Positions 1 through 9,528 of a DNA stretch of 64,000 nt are shown here, in pieces. The stretch covers positions 2,368,001 to 2,432,000 of the forward strand of contig OY970223.1 of assembly GCA_963714015.1 (NCBI GenBank), read 5' to 3'. The notes under the pieces were generated by a model. That model ran no database searches. It was given only the letters and a program-made list of their open reading frames with translations, and was not told the DNA's origin. The position numbers were made by a program, and so were the translations under genes. Positions within the stretch are counted from its first letter, which is position 1; every line of letters begins with the position of its first letter. Source of the stretch: Vulcanimicrobiota bacterium. GTDB lineage: Bacteria > Vulcanimicrobiota > Vulcanimicrobiia > Vulcanimicrobiales > Vulcanimicrobiaceae.

Positions 1-125
1 TCGCGACTTCTGCGCGCGAACGCGGATACCAACCGCTTGGCCTTGCCGGATTGCGCCGTGTTCTTGGCGGAGAAACCACGTTTGAAGAGCTGCGCCGCGT
101 GCTGGTCATGGATTCCGCCGAATGA
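1..125 (+). CDS. pilB: C-terminal end of a PilB/GspE-type pilus assembly ATPase (partial)
   Basis: Frame starting at nt 3 reads ...RGYQPLGLAGLRRVLGGETTFEELRRVL.., the typical GxTTxEExxRV end of PilB/GspE; stop overlaps the pilT ATG. Confidence 0.75.
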   Translation, partial: ATSARERGYQPLGLAGLRRVLGGETTFEELRRVLVMDSAE

Positions 126-1204
126 GCGCCGCTCTTGCATCCGTACGGCTTGAAGAAGTGCTCAGGCTTGCCCGCGAGCGAGGCGCATCGGACGTGCACC
201 TCTGCGCCGGAATGACGCCGGTTATGCGCGTCGACGGTGCGCTCCAGGATCAGGACACCGTAACCCTCTCCTCGGCCGAAATCTCCGAGATCGTTCAGAC
301 GGTTCTGACCCCCGAGGAGCACCTAAGACTCGTCGAGACCGGCGACCTCACGGCGAGTCTGAGAAACGATTCGAACGGCACGCTTCGGATACACGTTTAC
401 CTCACGGCTTGCGGCCCTACGGTTGCCATCCGGCTGCTGCCGCATCACGTTCCGGCGCTCGAAACGCTCGCGCTGCCGCGTTCGTTTTGCTCGTTCGCAA
501 GCCGCGCGAACGGAATCGTATTGGTTACCGGACCGACCGGCAGCGGAAAATCCACAGCGGTAGCGGCGCTGATCGATCGCATCAATCGCACGCAGGCCAA
601 GCACATCGTTACCATCGAGGATCCGATAGAGTACGAGCACCGGTCCGACAGATCGTTCGTGACGCAACGTCAGGTGACGCGTGACGTCCGGTCTTTCGGC
701 GAGGCATTGTCCGGAGCACTTCGCAGCGATCCCGACGTCATTGTGCTGGGAGAGCTTAGGGAATCTGCAACGATGCTGGCAGCCCTGAACGCCGCAGAGA
801 CCGGACATTTGGTCTTTGCGACTCTGCATACGGGAGATGCTCCGCAAACGATCGATCGAATCGTCGGATCGTTCGGCGGGGACGCGCAAGAACAGGTCCG
901 CATTCAGCTTGCTCAGACGCTTATCGGCATCGCCTGCCTGCGTCTCATTCCGCGCGCGGCCGCGCCGGGACGCGTCTGTGCCGCCGAATTGCTGATCGCC
1001 AACGACGCCGTCCGCAGCCTCATTCGGGACGGGAAGACGCACCAACTGCGGAACGTTATCTCAGCCGGCCGTCAAATGGGGATGCAAACACTCGAAGCAC
1101 ACATCTCCGAGTTGCTGGCTCGTCGAGAGATTACTTTTGAAGCGGCACAGGCGTCCACGGAACGTCCCGACGAGGTACGTTCCGTAGCGGCAGGTCTGCG
1201 CTGA
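122..1204 (+). CDS. pilT: Type IV pilus retraction ATPase
   Basis: ASDVHL, Walker A GPTGSGKST, TIEDPIEY, LRSDPDVIVLGELR, AETGHLVFATLHT, AIRNLIRE-like AVRSLIRDGK, GMQTL. Confidence 0.95.
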   Translation: MSAALASVRLEEVLRLARERGASDVHLCAGMTPVMRVDGALQDQDTVTLSSAEISEIVQTVLTPEEHLRLVETGDLTASLRNDSNGTLRIHVYLTACGPTVAIRLLPHHVPALETLALPRSFCSFASRANGIVLVTGPTGSGKSTAVAALIDRINRTQAKHIVTIEDPIEYEHRSDRSFVTQRQVTRDVRSFGEALSGALRSDPDVIVLGELRESATMLAALNAAETGHLVFATLHTGDAPQTIDRIVGSFGGDAQEQVRIQLAQTLIGIACLRLIPRAAAPGRVCAAELLIANDAVRSLIRDGKTHQLRNVISAGRQMGMQTLEAHISELLARREITFEAAQASTERPDEVRSVAAGLR

Positions 1205-2415
1205 TGCTCTACTACTACACGGCTAGAACCGCCGCGGGGCGGTTCGTAAAGGGTTCACTCGAATCGCAGACCGCTGCATCGGCGGTCGCCGCGCTTCGAT
1301 CTCGGACGCTGTTCGTCACGTCACTGCACGGCACAGGCTCGCTCGGTGGCTCGCTGTCCGCTCTGCTGCAGTTGGCTCCGGTCCGGCACGGAAGCCTCGT
1401 AACGTTCTTCCGATCCTTTGCGACGCTCGTGGGCGCCGGAGTCTCAATCAAGAAGTCGTTGGACGTAACGATCGCGCAATGCGCGGACGCGCGCCTGCGC
1501 GAGGCGCTTTGCGCGGTTGCGGCCGACATCGAATCCGGTATCGCGCTGAGCGATGCGCTGGCGCGTCATCCGAACGAATTTTCAAAACTTCACGTCGCTT
1601 CCGTCCGGGCGGGCGAGCTCGGCGGCGCGCTCGACGAAGTCTTGGAACGGCTGGCCGCCGTTCTCGAGCGGGACCGAACCGCTCGCAAACGCGTGGGTTC
1701 GGCTCTGGCGTATCCCGCCGTGGTGTGCATCGCGGCCGTCGGCTTGATTCTGTTCTTGCTGACCACGATCGTTCCGGTGTTTAGTGCGATGTACGGGCAG
1801 ATGCGTGTGCCGCTGCCGCCTGCAACCTCTGCGTTGATAAACGTCGGCGAGTGGATTCATAACAGCTGGATGCTCGGGGCTTTGATAGTCGTCCCTGCAG
1901 CAGCCGGAGGCGCGGTGTGCCTGCGTTCTTCGCCAACACTCGTTTCAGCTTTGGAACGCTTGCTGTTCCATGTTCCTTACGTCGGAGCGATACGCAGAAA
2001 AGCGTCGGCGAGCCGTTTCGCCCGTCTGCTTGGGACGCTGCTGCGCTCGGGCGTGGGGATCGTGGAAGCGCTCGAAGTGGTGGCGCAAAGCGTCGCCAGC
2101 TCGCCGCATGCCGATGATTTGCAAAAAGTGCGGCAGGCACTTCATGAAGGGTCGAGCCTGAGCAAGCCGTTGGAAGACTCGCATTTGTTCGAGCCGATAC
2201 TCGTTCAAATGATCGCCGTAGGCGAAGAAACCGGCGCGCTCGACGGCATGCTGCTGAAAATCGCGGATTACTACGACGTCGACGTAGAGACCGCGCTCAG
2301 CACGCTGGGGGCCGTCTTGGAGCCGGCCATGATACTGCTGCTGGGAGGCGCCGTGGCGTTCATCGTCTCCGCGATTTTCATCCCGCTCTACACGCTCATA
2401 GGCAACATCAAATGA
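1204..2415 (+). CDS. pilC: Type IV pilus platform protein (PilC/GspF)
   Basis: Two T2SSF repeats: GELGGALDEVLERLA..ALAYP and MIAVGEETGALDGML..EP. Confidence 0.95.
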   Translation: MLYYYTARTAAGRFVKGSLESQTAASAVAALRSRTLFVTSLHGTGSLGGSLSALLQLAPVRHGSLVTFFRSFATLVGAGVSIKKSLDVTIAQCADARLREALCAVAADIESGIALSDALARHPNEFSKLHVASVRAGELGGALDEVLERLAAVLERDRTARKRVGSALAYPAVVCIAAVGLILFLLTTIVPVFSAMYGQMRVPLPPATSALINVGEWIHNSWMLGALIVVPAAAGGAVCLRSSPTLVSALERLLFHVPYVGAIRRKASASRFARLLGTLLRSGVGIVEALEVVAQSVASSPHADDLQKVRQALHEGSSLSKPLEDSHLFEPILVQMIAVGEETGALDGMLLKIADYYDVDVETALSTLGAVLEPAMILLLGGAVAFIVSAIFIPLYTLIGNIK

Positions 2416-3101
2416 TTCAATTGAACGATCGCACTCCCTACGCCGAGCGGGACGGCTTGATCGCGCAATACCGTTACCTATGCAAACGCGGCGCTCGAAA
2501 ATTTCATCGCGCCGGCTTGGACCGGGCGGATTTGGAGCAGGTCGCGGCAATAGGGCTCATCAAGGCCTGCGACCGGTATAATGCCGATCTGCAGACGCCG
2601 TTCGAAGCGTTTGCCTGGCTGTTCGTCGTCGGCGAACTCATGCACTATGTGCGCGATCACGAGCGAATCGTGCGCCCGCCTAGGCGGCTGCGCGACCTGG
2701 ACCGGCGCTTCCAAACGGCGCACGATGCTTTAGTGCTGGAGCTGGGACGTGAACCTTCGCCGGAAGACCTGCAAAGGCGCCTGGAAATCGGGCGGAGCGA
2801 GCTCGAAGAGGTTTACCGGTATCGAGAACAAGCGGTAGCTCAGTCCATCGACGTTTTGCGCCCGAACGATCTCGCCTCGCACAGCTATACGATCGAGAAC
2901 CGCGAAGACCGCCTGATGATTGACGATGCGCTGCGTTGCCTTACGAAGATGGAACGGATCGTCATTCTGGGTCTCTATCACAGCGGATTCACGCAAGTCG
3001 AGATCGCCGATCGTCTCGGCTACTCGCGCCGCCACGTGTCGCGCCTGCACCGGACGGCACTAAAGAAAATGCGTCCGCTCTCCGTCTTCAATACGCGCTG
3101 A
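2412..3101 (+). CDS. SigB/SigF/SigG-family RNA polymerase sigma factor
   Basis: Region 2 DLEQVAAIGLIKACDRY..GELMHYVRD, region 3 ELGREPS, region 4 HTH TQVEIADRLGYSRRHVSRL; ATGA overlap with pilC. Confidence 0.9.
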   Translation: MIQLNDRTPYAERDGLIAQYRYLCKRGARKFHRAGLDRADLEQVAAIGLIKACDRYNADLQTPFEAFAWLFVVGELMHYVRDHERIVRPPRRLRDLDRRFQTAHDALVLELGREPSPEDLQRRLEIGRSELEEVYRYREQAVAQSIDVLRPNDLASHSYTIENREDRLMIDDALRCLTKMERIVILGLYHSGFTQVEIADRLGYSRRHVSRLHRTALKKMRPLSVFNTR

Positions 3102-3142
3102 AGGGGCACTAATATCTCTGCGAACGGCTCGCAGGAGAAAAA

Positions 3143-3607
3143 ATGAAAAGTCAGCGCGGATTTACGCTCTTGGAGATGATGGTCGTGGTTGCGATCATCG
3201 CCATCCTTGCGGCAATATTGATACCGAACTTTACGCGCGCTCGCGCTCAGGCAATGACCTCTGCATGCATGGGCAACATCAAGATGATCGCAACGGCGCT
3301 CGAGCTTTATTACACGGACAATCAGGCGTATCCGGCGGCCAGCAACAAGCCGGTTCAGTCCCTGGGTTTGACCGGATATCTCAACCAGGTACCGGCCGAT
3401 CCCGCTGCGCCCGCCGGCGCTTCGTACACGGTGTCTACCAACAACGCGCCGGGCAACGGCGGCATAGCGGGATACCAGATCTGGTGTCCCGGCACGCACG
3501 ATCCCGCTACGCTCACGAAGCTCAACAATGGTGTAACCACCACGAACACGACGTTGAAATACGACAACCAGAGCGGCTTCAGCGTCGTCTCGGGACCGGG
3601 AAGTTGA
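3143..3607 (+). CDS. Type IV major pilin / pseudopilin
   Basis: Class III signal MKSQRG|FTLLEMMVVVAIIAILAAILIP; RBS AGGAG; two Cys in globular domain. Confidence 0.92.
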   Translation: MKSQRGFTLLEMMVVVAIIAILAAILIPNFTRARAQAMTSACMGNIKMIATALELYYTDNQAYPAASNKPVQSLGLTGYLNQVPADPAAPAGASYTVSTNNAPGNGGIAGYQIWCPGTHDPATLTKLNNGVTTTNTTLKYDNQSGFSVVSGPGS

Positions 3608-3609
3608 CA

Positions 3610-4266
3610 GTGGACCTCTTTTCACAGAGCCTGCATGCCGCGGCAACGCACGACGCGGCGGCTCCGGCATTGATCTTCGCAGCGGGCGCGGTTACGAGTA
3701 TCGGCCCTTGCGTTGCTCCGCGCTTCATCGCGATTGCGGCCATTTCGGCGGGGGAAGAGCGCGCTGCGGCAATCCGTCTCGCGGTTGCGTTTTGCGCCGG
3801 GCTGACCGCCACGTTTTCGACGCTGGGAGCGGCGGCCACGCTGCTCGCGCAGGCGCTGCGGCATTCCGCTTTCATTTATGCGTTCCTCGCTGCGGCGCTC
3901 GCGGCGGCGGGCATAATTACGCTTTGGCGCGAGACGCCTGAATGCCGGCCGTCCCATGCCCGATCCCGCGCGAGTCTGGGAAGTGTGTTCTTGCTCGGAG
4001 CGTCCTCTGCTTTAGTCCTCTCGCCGTGCTGCAGCCCCGTTGTAGCCGGTGTCGTCGCTTACAGCGCCGCCGCGGGTGACCCGCTTTACGGAGCGGCGAT
4101 GCTTTCGGTATTTTCCCTCGGCCATATGCTTCCGGTAATTGCAGCGGCAGTAAGCGCAAACAAAGCCGTGACGATCCTCAAGCGCCTGACAGTCGTGCGC
4201 GCCGGAGCCGTGCTCAGCGGTTCCTTGATGCTCGGGCTGGCTGCTTACTATGCGGTACTTGCATGA
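3610..4266 (+). CDS. CcdA/DsbD-type thiol-disulfide membrane transporter
   Basis: Hydrophobic protein with AGAVTSIGPCVAP and LSPCCSP Cys motifs and FSLGH..P; start taken at GTG 3610 (or TTG 3604). Confidence 0.8.
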   Translation: MDLFSQSLHAAATHDAAAPALIFAAGAVTSIGPCVAPRFIAIAAISAGEERAAAIRLAVAFCAGLTATFSTLGAAATLLAQALRHSAFIYAFLAAALAAAGIITLWRETPECRPSHARSRASLGSVFLLGASSALVLSPCCSPVVAGVVAYSAAAGDPLYGAAMLSVFSLGHMLPVIAAAVSANKAVTILKRLTVVRAGAVLSGSLMLGLAAYYAVLA

Positions 4267-4802
4267 CGCCGTTCTCGCGCACGCGACGTTTTGCCGTTGC
4301 CGGTGCGGCTCTGGGGATTGCCGCCATCCTGATGCGTTCGCAGATAGCCGAAGCCTTGACTGTTCGCGGCGACGAGTATCTCTATAGTGCAAAACCGGCT
4401 GCAGCTCTGGAGCGGTATCGGCGTGCACTTGCAATAACTCCCGATACGGAAAGCGCAGCCGATCGGTTCACGTTCGTGTCGATGGAGCAGCACTCGATTC
4501 CGGCGCTGCACGCCGGGATTGCCGTAGCGGGCCGGTATCTTTCACGGCATCCGAAGGACGCGCTGTTGCTTTCGGACCGGGCGCTGTGCTTTTTGATCGA
4601 GCGGCGTTACGCAAAAGCGCAGGATGACTTCGAGCAGGCCGCGCGCATTGACAAGGATTCTCAGATGTTCGTATTTGCCGGCTGGTCGGCCTGGCACCGA
4701 GGGCTTCACGTAACGGCGAGGTCCTTGTGGCGTGATGCACTCCAAATCGACCCGCGTGACGGCGCTGCGGTCTTAGCCCTTCGGCGCAGCGCAAACGGTT
4801 AA
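4263..4802 (+). CDS. Membrane-anchored tetratricopeptide-repeat protein
   Basis: N-terminal hydrophobic anchor; TPR-like ALERYRRALAITP, AQDDFEQAARIDK, ARSLWRDALQIDP. Confidence 0.7.
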   Translation: MTPFSRTRRFAVAGAALGIAAILMRSQIAEALTVRGDEYLYSAKPAAALERYRRALAITPDTESAADRFTFVSMEQHSIPALHAGIAVAGRYLSRHPKDALLLSDRALCFLIERRYAKAQDDFEQAARIDKDSQMFVFAGWSAWHRGLHVTARSLWRDALQIDPRDGAAVLALRRSANG

Positions 4803-4808
4803 TTCTTT

Positions 4809-5420
4809 ATGACGTTTCTTGAAACCGCGGCATCCATGGCCATGACTGCGTTATTTGCGATGCTGGCGGAGCGCATCGCATCGTCTCACGACATTCGGGT
4901 GCGGCTGTTCTCCGGAACCGGCGGCTTGGTCTTGCTGCTCGGAGCGGCCGGTCAGGCGCTCTGTCTCAGGTTGATGCACGGGGAATTTTCGAGCGCGGCG
5001 CTGGCATTGACGCTGCCGAGCATCGTCGTTTCCGCCGCCACCGACGCCGTGAGCGGTTATGTTTTCGACGTCGTAACCGTTCCGGCAATCGCTGCTTCAT
5101 TCATTCTCGCATGTTGCGATCGCGAACTGATGCCCGCTGCGGCCGGCGCCGTCGCCGGTGCGCTTCCTTTGGCGATCATGTACGCGATCACGCGAGGCCG
5201 CGGTTTAGGACTCGGTGACGTCAAGCTGGCCTGCTGCATGGGTGCCGGGTTAGGGGTTTTCTCCGTCTTTGCGGCGCTCGGCGTCGCATTCGTGACGGGC
5301 GGTGTATATGCAGCGTACCTTCTGATTACGAAACGCGCGCGGCGCGGGAGTGCGCTCTATTTTGCACCGTATCTTGCCGGAAGCACGCTGCTCGTCGCTT
5401 GTTTGCGAGCGGCCGGATGA
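4809..5420 (+). CDS. Prepilin peptidase, A24 family (peptidase domain only)
   Basis: Catalytic Asp motifs SAATD and GLGLGDVKL; C-terminal FAPYL. Confidence 0.85.
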   Translation: MTFLETAASMAMTALFAMLAERIASSHDIRVRLFSGTGGLVLLLGAAGQALCLRLMHGEFSSAALALTLPSIVVSAATDAVSGYVFDVVTVPAIAASFILACCDRELMPAAAGAVAGALPLAIMYAITRGRGLGLGDVKLACCMGAGLGVFSVFAALGVAFVTGGVYAAYLLITKRARRGSALYFAPYLAGSTLLVACLRAAG

Positions 5421-6376
5421 AGCATCGCAATCTACCACTGGGCGTCGACATCGGCACCACGCGCGTTCGCGTGCTGCATGCCGTCGCTACGCCCGAGGGA
5501 CCTCGCGTTCAGGCCGTGGCGGTCCGAAACACTTTGCCCGGAACGGCAGACTCCGGCCGCATCAACGATCCTGATTCCGTCGCGGGCCTGCTGGCTGCAG
5601 CGGTCGCCGAACTGCGCACGACCGAGCGCCGCTGCGTCGCGTGCATCGGCGAACCGGATGCCATGCTTAGGCCCTTTCACATACCGAAAATGACTGCCGC
5701 GGAACGGGAGCGCGCTGCGGGATTCGAGGCCCAGCGCTTTATTGAGTTTCCAGCCTCCGAAGCCGTCGTTCGGGTTCATAGAGGAACCACGGCCGGTGAT
5801 TGGATTTTGGGAATCGCGAATGCGAGGGTGATCGAAACGCGCCTTGCAACGCTGCGCCGTGCCGGTCTGCGGCCCTTGGCGCTCGATCACGAGGCTTGCG
5901 CGCTAACGCGCGCGTTGCCCGAATTCGATGCCGTCGTCGACGTCGGCCATCACCGGGCCAGCATCCACGTAGCCGGGGCGGTTAGTCCTAGCACGTTTCA
6001 CGTTTACAGCGGCGGAGCCGACATTACGAGCGGAATAGTCCGCGAACTCTCGATCGATCAGCACACCGCTGAGAAGCGTAAACGCATTCTCGGTACGTCC
6101 GGGGCCGGCGAGCGTGCCCGCGTCACGCTCACCTCCGATATCGCCTCGCTTATAACGGCGGGTCGCAGAACCCGCGCAATTTCGCGTCTCGCGCTTCTGG
6201 GCAATGCTTCCCGTCTTCACGGTTTGTCTTCGGAACTTCAATCCGCGACCGGCGCCATCTGTGAAACGGCGGTCCCGAGCGTACTTCGGGCCGGCGTTTA
6301 TCCCGATGACGTGGTACGTTCCGGCGCCGCCGACTGGTCGCTCGCGGCCGGTTTGGCACTGTGGGTTCGTCGATGA
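5417..6376 (+). CDS. pilM: Type IV pilus alignment protein PilM
   Basis: Actin-like LGVDIGTT, VVDVGH, GGADIT..AEKRK, LAAGLAL end; operon position. Confidence 0.8.
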   Translation: MKHRNLPLGVDIGTTRVRVLHAVATPEGPRVQAVAVRNTLPGTADSGRINDPDSVAGLLAAAVAELRTTERRCVACIGEPDAMLRPFHIPKMTAAERERAAGFEAQRFIEFPASEAVVRVHRGTTAGDWILGIANARVIETRLATLRRAGLRPLALDHEACALTRALPEFDAVVDVGHHRASIHVAGAVSPSTFHVYSGGADITSGIVRELSIDQHTAEKRKRILGTSGAGERARVTLTSDIASLITAGRRTRAISRLALLGNASRLHGLSSELQSATGAICETAVPSVLRAGVYPDDVVRSGAADWSLAAGLALWVRR

Positions 6377-6933
6377 TTTCCTTCGATTATTTGCGTTCGG
6401 CGCGGCCCGATCTGCTGGTCAGGATAATGGAATTCCGGATTCCTTCAAGGCTGCAATCCGGAGTAGCTGCGGTGATCGTCGCTACGGCATTCGTCGGCGG
6501 CGCTTGGGGAATCGAGTCGTGCCGGCTGGCTGCCGCGCTCAACGTCGAAGCCGAATACCGGCAAAACTTCGAGCGCAGCCGCGCAGATGTGGCAAGGGCC
6601 GACGTCTACTTCGATCGCGTAAAAAACCTCGTTGCTCTGGACAAACGCCTGCGCGACGTCGTCCTTTCCGGAAATGTGACCGCGCGCCGTCTCGCGCAAA
6701 TCGGCAATGCGTTGCCCTCCACTGTTTGGCTCTCTTCGATTTCGCACGACGGCCAGGGATTATCGATCGAAGGAACCGCCCCCGACATGGCTACAGTAGG
6801 CCGCGTGCTCTCCGATTTGAACGAGATTCGCGGCGTGCGCGATCCCAAGCTGCTCGACGCATCCGCAGAAGCGGACCCAAAGAGCGCTCGTGAAGTGAAA
6901 TTTACGGTTCGGGCCGAGGGCGCACTGCCGTGA
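6373..6933 (+). CDS. pilN: PilN-like protein
   Basis: TM helix, coiled coil, LPSTVWLSSI..LSIEG motif; follows pilM. Confidence 0.75.
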   Translation: MISFDYLRSARPDLLVRIMEFRIPSRLQSGVAAVIVATAFVGGAWGIESCRLAAALNVEAEYRQNFERSRADVARADVYFDRVKNLVALDKRLRDVVLSGNVTARRLAQIGNALPSTVWLSSISHDGQGLSIEGTAPDMATVGRVLSDLNEIRGVRDPKLLDASAEADPKSAREVKFTVRAEGALP

Positions 6934-7547
6934 AAAGTGCGGTGCCGAGATTCTCCGATGCGGGCGCTTTATGGCTGACCGCCTTCATCATTTTCCTGGG
7001 CGGCTCGTACGTCGTCGAGACGCAGTGCCGGGAGGCGATCGGTCAATCCGCCGCCCGCAGCCAAGCACTCTACGAACGCACCGTCTCTAACGAACGAACG
7101 ATCGCCGAAGCACCGTCGCTGCGGCGACTGCAAGCGACAGTCGAGGGCGATGTGCGGCACCTTTCACGTGACGTATCGCTCTCGATCACCACGGCACAAC
7201 TGTTGGCAATGCTTCAGAGCACGGCGTCGATCCATCACGTTGAAGTGATCGCCGTAGAGCCCGAGCAAAGCCGGCTGCCCGCAATTTCTCCGGCGCCGCA
7301 AACCGATGAGACCCCTTGGCTCGAGCCGGAACCGGTGACGGTACGAGTTCGAGGCGGTTTCCGCGACCTTTTGTACTTCATCGAGGCGATTTCACGACAG
7401 CGCACGCTGCTCGAAATCGACGACGCGCAAGTGCAAATGGATCCGGCACAATCCGAAGCCGGCAGCCTCGATGCCGACGTTCATACGACGCTGTATCGCT
7501 TGACCTTACCGACCGAAGAGGAGCACCGCATTGAAACCGCTCGATGA
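6930..7547 (+). CDS. pilO: PilO-like protein
   Basis: TM, coiled coil, PVTVRVRGGFRDLLYFIEAI motif. Confidence 0.75.
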   Translation: MKSAVPRFSDAGALWLTAFIIFLGGSYVVETQCREAIGQSAARSQALYERTVSNERTIAEAPSLRRLQATVEGDVRHLSRDVSLSITTAQLLAMLQSTASIHHVEVIAVEPEQSRLPAISPAPQTDETPWLEPEPVTVRVRGGFRDLLYFIEAISRQRTLLEIDDAQVQMDPAQSEAGSLDADVHTTLYRLTLPTEEEHRIETAR

Positions 7548-8028
7548 TCGCCGCCGCGCGCAACTCGCACTTCTTTCGGCCGCGCTGTGTTCCGTTTCTG
7601 CTCTGCTGTTGCCCGTGGCGGCCAGATCGTCGATGGAGGCCGCGGACGAACGGATGACGCTCGAGCAGCGTTTGCCGCTCCCGGTCCTTCCGCCGCGTGC
7701 TGCTGCGCCTGAATTGATCGTAATGCGAGACCCGTTTGGTTCGGCATCCCCACCCGTGCCGGACGATTCTGCGGATCCGCTCGTGCTGCCGCTTCCGGCA
7801 AATCGCGGCGCCGCGAATGTACCGCAAGCGGTTTTCGGCGACGAGCCTATGGTGCGAGCCCTCATCACCGGCGGTGCGGCGCCGCGCGCGCTTCTGGACG
7901 AGAACGGTCAGGTTCGAATCGTCGAGATCGGCGACGCCGTCCAGGGCTCGGCCATAACGGCCATCGATTCAGCCGGCATTCTCTTGAAAAACGGCACGCG
8001 CTACGCTTTATCGCAGGAGAACCAATGA
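7531..8028 (+). CDS. PilP-like protein
   Basis: RDPF motif, ALL..GQVRIVEIGDAV; sits between pilO and the secretin. Confidence 0.55.
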   Translation: MKPLDDRRRAQLALLSAALCSVSALLLPVAARSSMEAADERMTLEQRLPLPVLPPRAAAPELIVMRDPFGSASPPVPDDSADPLVLPLPANRGAANVPQAVFGDEPMVRALITGGAAPRALLDENGQVRIVEIGDAVQGSAITAIDSAGILLKNGTRYALSQENQ

Positions 8029-9404
8029 AATCGCTGCTGTTGTCGTTTGTCCTGGCCTTCGGCACCTTGGGCCTAGCCTCGGCCGGCCAACACCTCGTAA
8101 CACTCGACGTCCATAACGCCGATTTGGGCGACGTTCTCGCGCTGCTTGCGGCTGAAAGCGGCACGAACATCGTTGCCGACTCGTCGGTAAAGCCGCAGAA
8201 AATTACGCTCCATCTGCATAACGTCAGTTTTGAGGATGCCCTCTCCGTGCTCGTGCAGTCGCATGACCTTGAGGTTCGCAGACAAGACGGCATCATTATC
8301 GTCGGCAGCAACGACTCCATGAACCGGCGCTACGGCGATTCGAACGACGCGCGCAGCGCGCGAACCATCGTTCTTTCGCTGGCGCACGGCGATCCCGAGG
8401 AGATCGCCAAAGAACTCACGGCGAGCTTACCCGACGGCACAGTTATCGTACCCGACAAAAGGACCAATACGATCGTCCTTACCGGAAATACCGATACGGT
8501 AAACAGAGCGCGGGATTTGGTGCAGACCTTCGACTCAGGACGCTATACCGGAGATACGGCCGTCGCTCGCGTCTATCCGCTGCGATACCACAAGCCTTCG
8601 GACTTGGTAAGCGATCTGAAGGGCCTGATTCCGGACGGCTCGTACGTCGCAGACGACGCGCAGAACGCCGTCGTCGTGACCGGCAGTGAGGCGGTTCAGC
8701 ACATTGCCGCGCAGTTCGTGCGAAGCACCGATGTTCCAAGTTCGCAGGTATTGTTCGAGGTTCGCGTTGCAGACCTAACGCCCGTGAACGACAACACGAA
8801 CGTCGGCGTTACCTTCGGCGGCATCGATTTCCAAGGGCAAACCATTCCCGGCGCTACGACCTGGGCGTTCGCTCGCGATGCGATCGCGGTAAATGCGACG
8901 CTCAATGCCCTCGTTAGCCAGGGGCACGCGGAGATACTGGCCACGCCGCGCATCGTAACGCTAAACAATAAAGAAGCCAACCTGCTTATCGGTCAAACGT
9001 ATCCCGTCGTGTACTACGATTCGCAGTTCGGCGGACAACAAGTACAGTTCGTCGACATCGGCGTCAAGCTTCGGCTCACTCCGACGATCGGTCCGGACGG
9101 AAGCGTCACGGCGGAGCTGCATCCGGAATACAGCGCCATAGAAGGTTTCGCCGGCGGCTATCCGATCATCGCCAACCGGAAAATCGACTCGACGTTGCGC
9201 GTAGGGGATGGACAAACTATCGTTCTGGGCGGTTTGCTGCGGGACGAAGATTCGCAGACGCTTACAAAAATGCCCGGCCTCGCTGATATCCCAATCGTCG
9301 GAAAAATCTTTCAAAACAAACAGCGCACGCACGAGCGTGACGAGGTGGTGTTTCTGATAACTCCGCACGTAATCAGGCCGAATTCGCCGCTTCCTACGAA
9401 GTAA
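8025..9404 (+). CDS. pilQ: Secretin (PilQ/GspD family)
   Basis: Signal peptide, STN-like domain, DKRTNTIVL N-domains, QVLFEVRV, ILATPRIVTLNNKEA, VLGGLL..PGLADIPIVGKIF..FLITPHVI. Confidence 0.9.
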   Translation: MKSLLLSFVLAFGTLGLASAGQHLVTLDVHNADLGDVLALLAAESGTNIVADSSVKPQKITLHLHNVSFEDALSVLVQSHDLEVRRQDGIIIVGSNDSMNRRYGDSNDARSARTIVLSLAHGDPEEIAKELTASLPDGTVIVPDKRTNTIVLTGNTDTVNRARDLVQTFDSGRYTGDTAVARVYPLRYHKPSDLVSDLKGLIPDGSYVADDAQNAVVVTGSEAVQHIAAQFVRSTDVPSSQVLFEVRVADLTPVNDNTNVGVTFGGIDFQGQTIPGATTWAFARDAIAVNATLNALVSQGHAEILATPRIVTLNNKEANLLIGQTYPVVYYDSQFGGQQVQFVDIGVKLRLTPTIGPDGSVTAELHPEYSAIEGFAGGYPIIANRKIDSTLRVGDGQTIVLGGLLRDEDSQTLTKMPGLADIPIVGKIFQNKQRTHERDEVVFLITPHVIRPNSPLPTK

Positions 9405-9528
9405 GCTCGATCGTTACTAGAGCACTAGTCTTTGTTGACTATCGCGAGTCTTCGAGACAGGATGGGCTTACATACACACGAAGCGGTGAGCGGTTTCTTG
9501 CCGTCTTTTAGTGGGAGCAAATTTCGTA

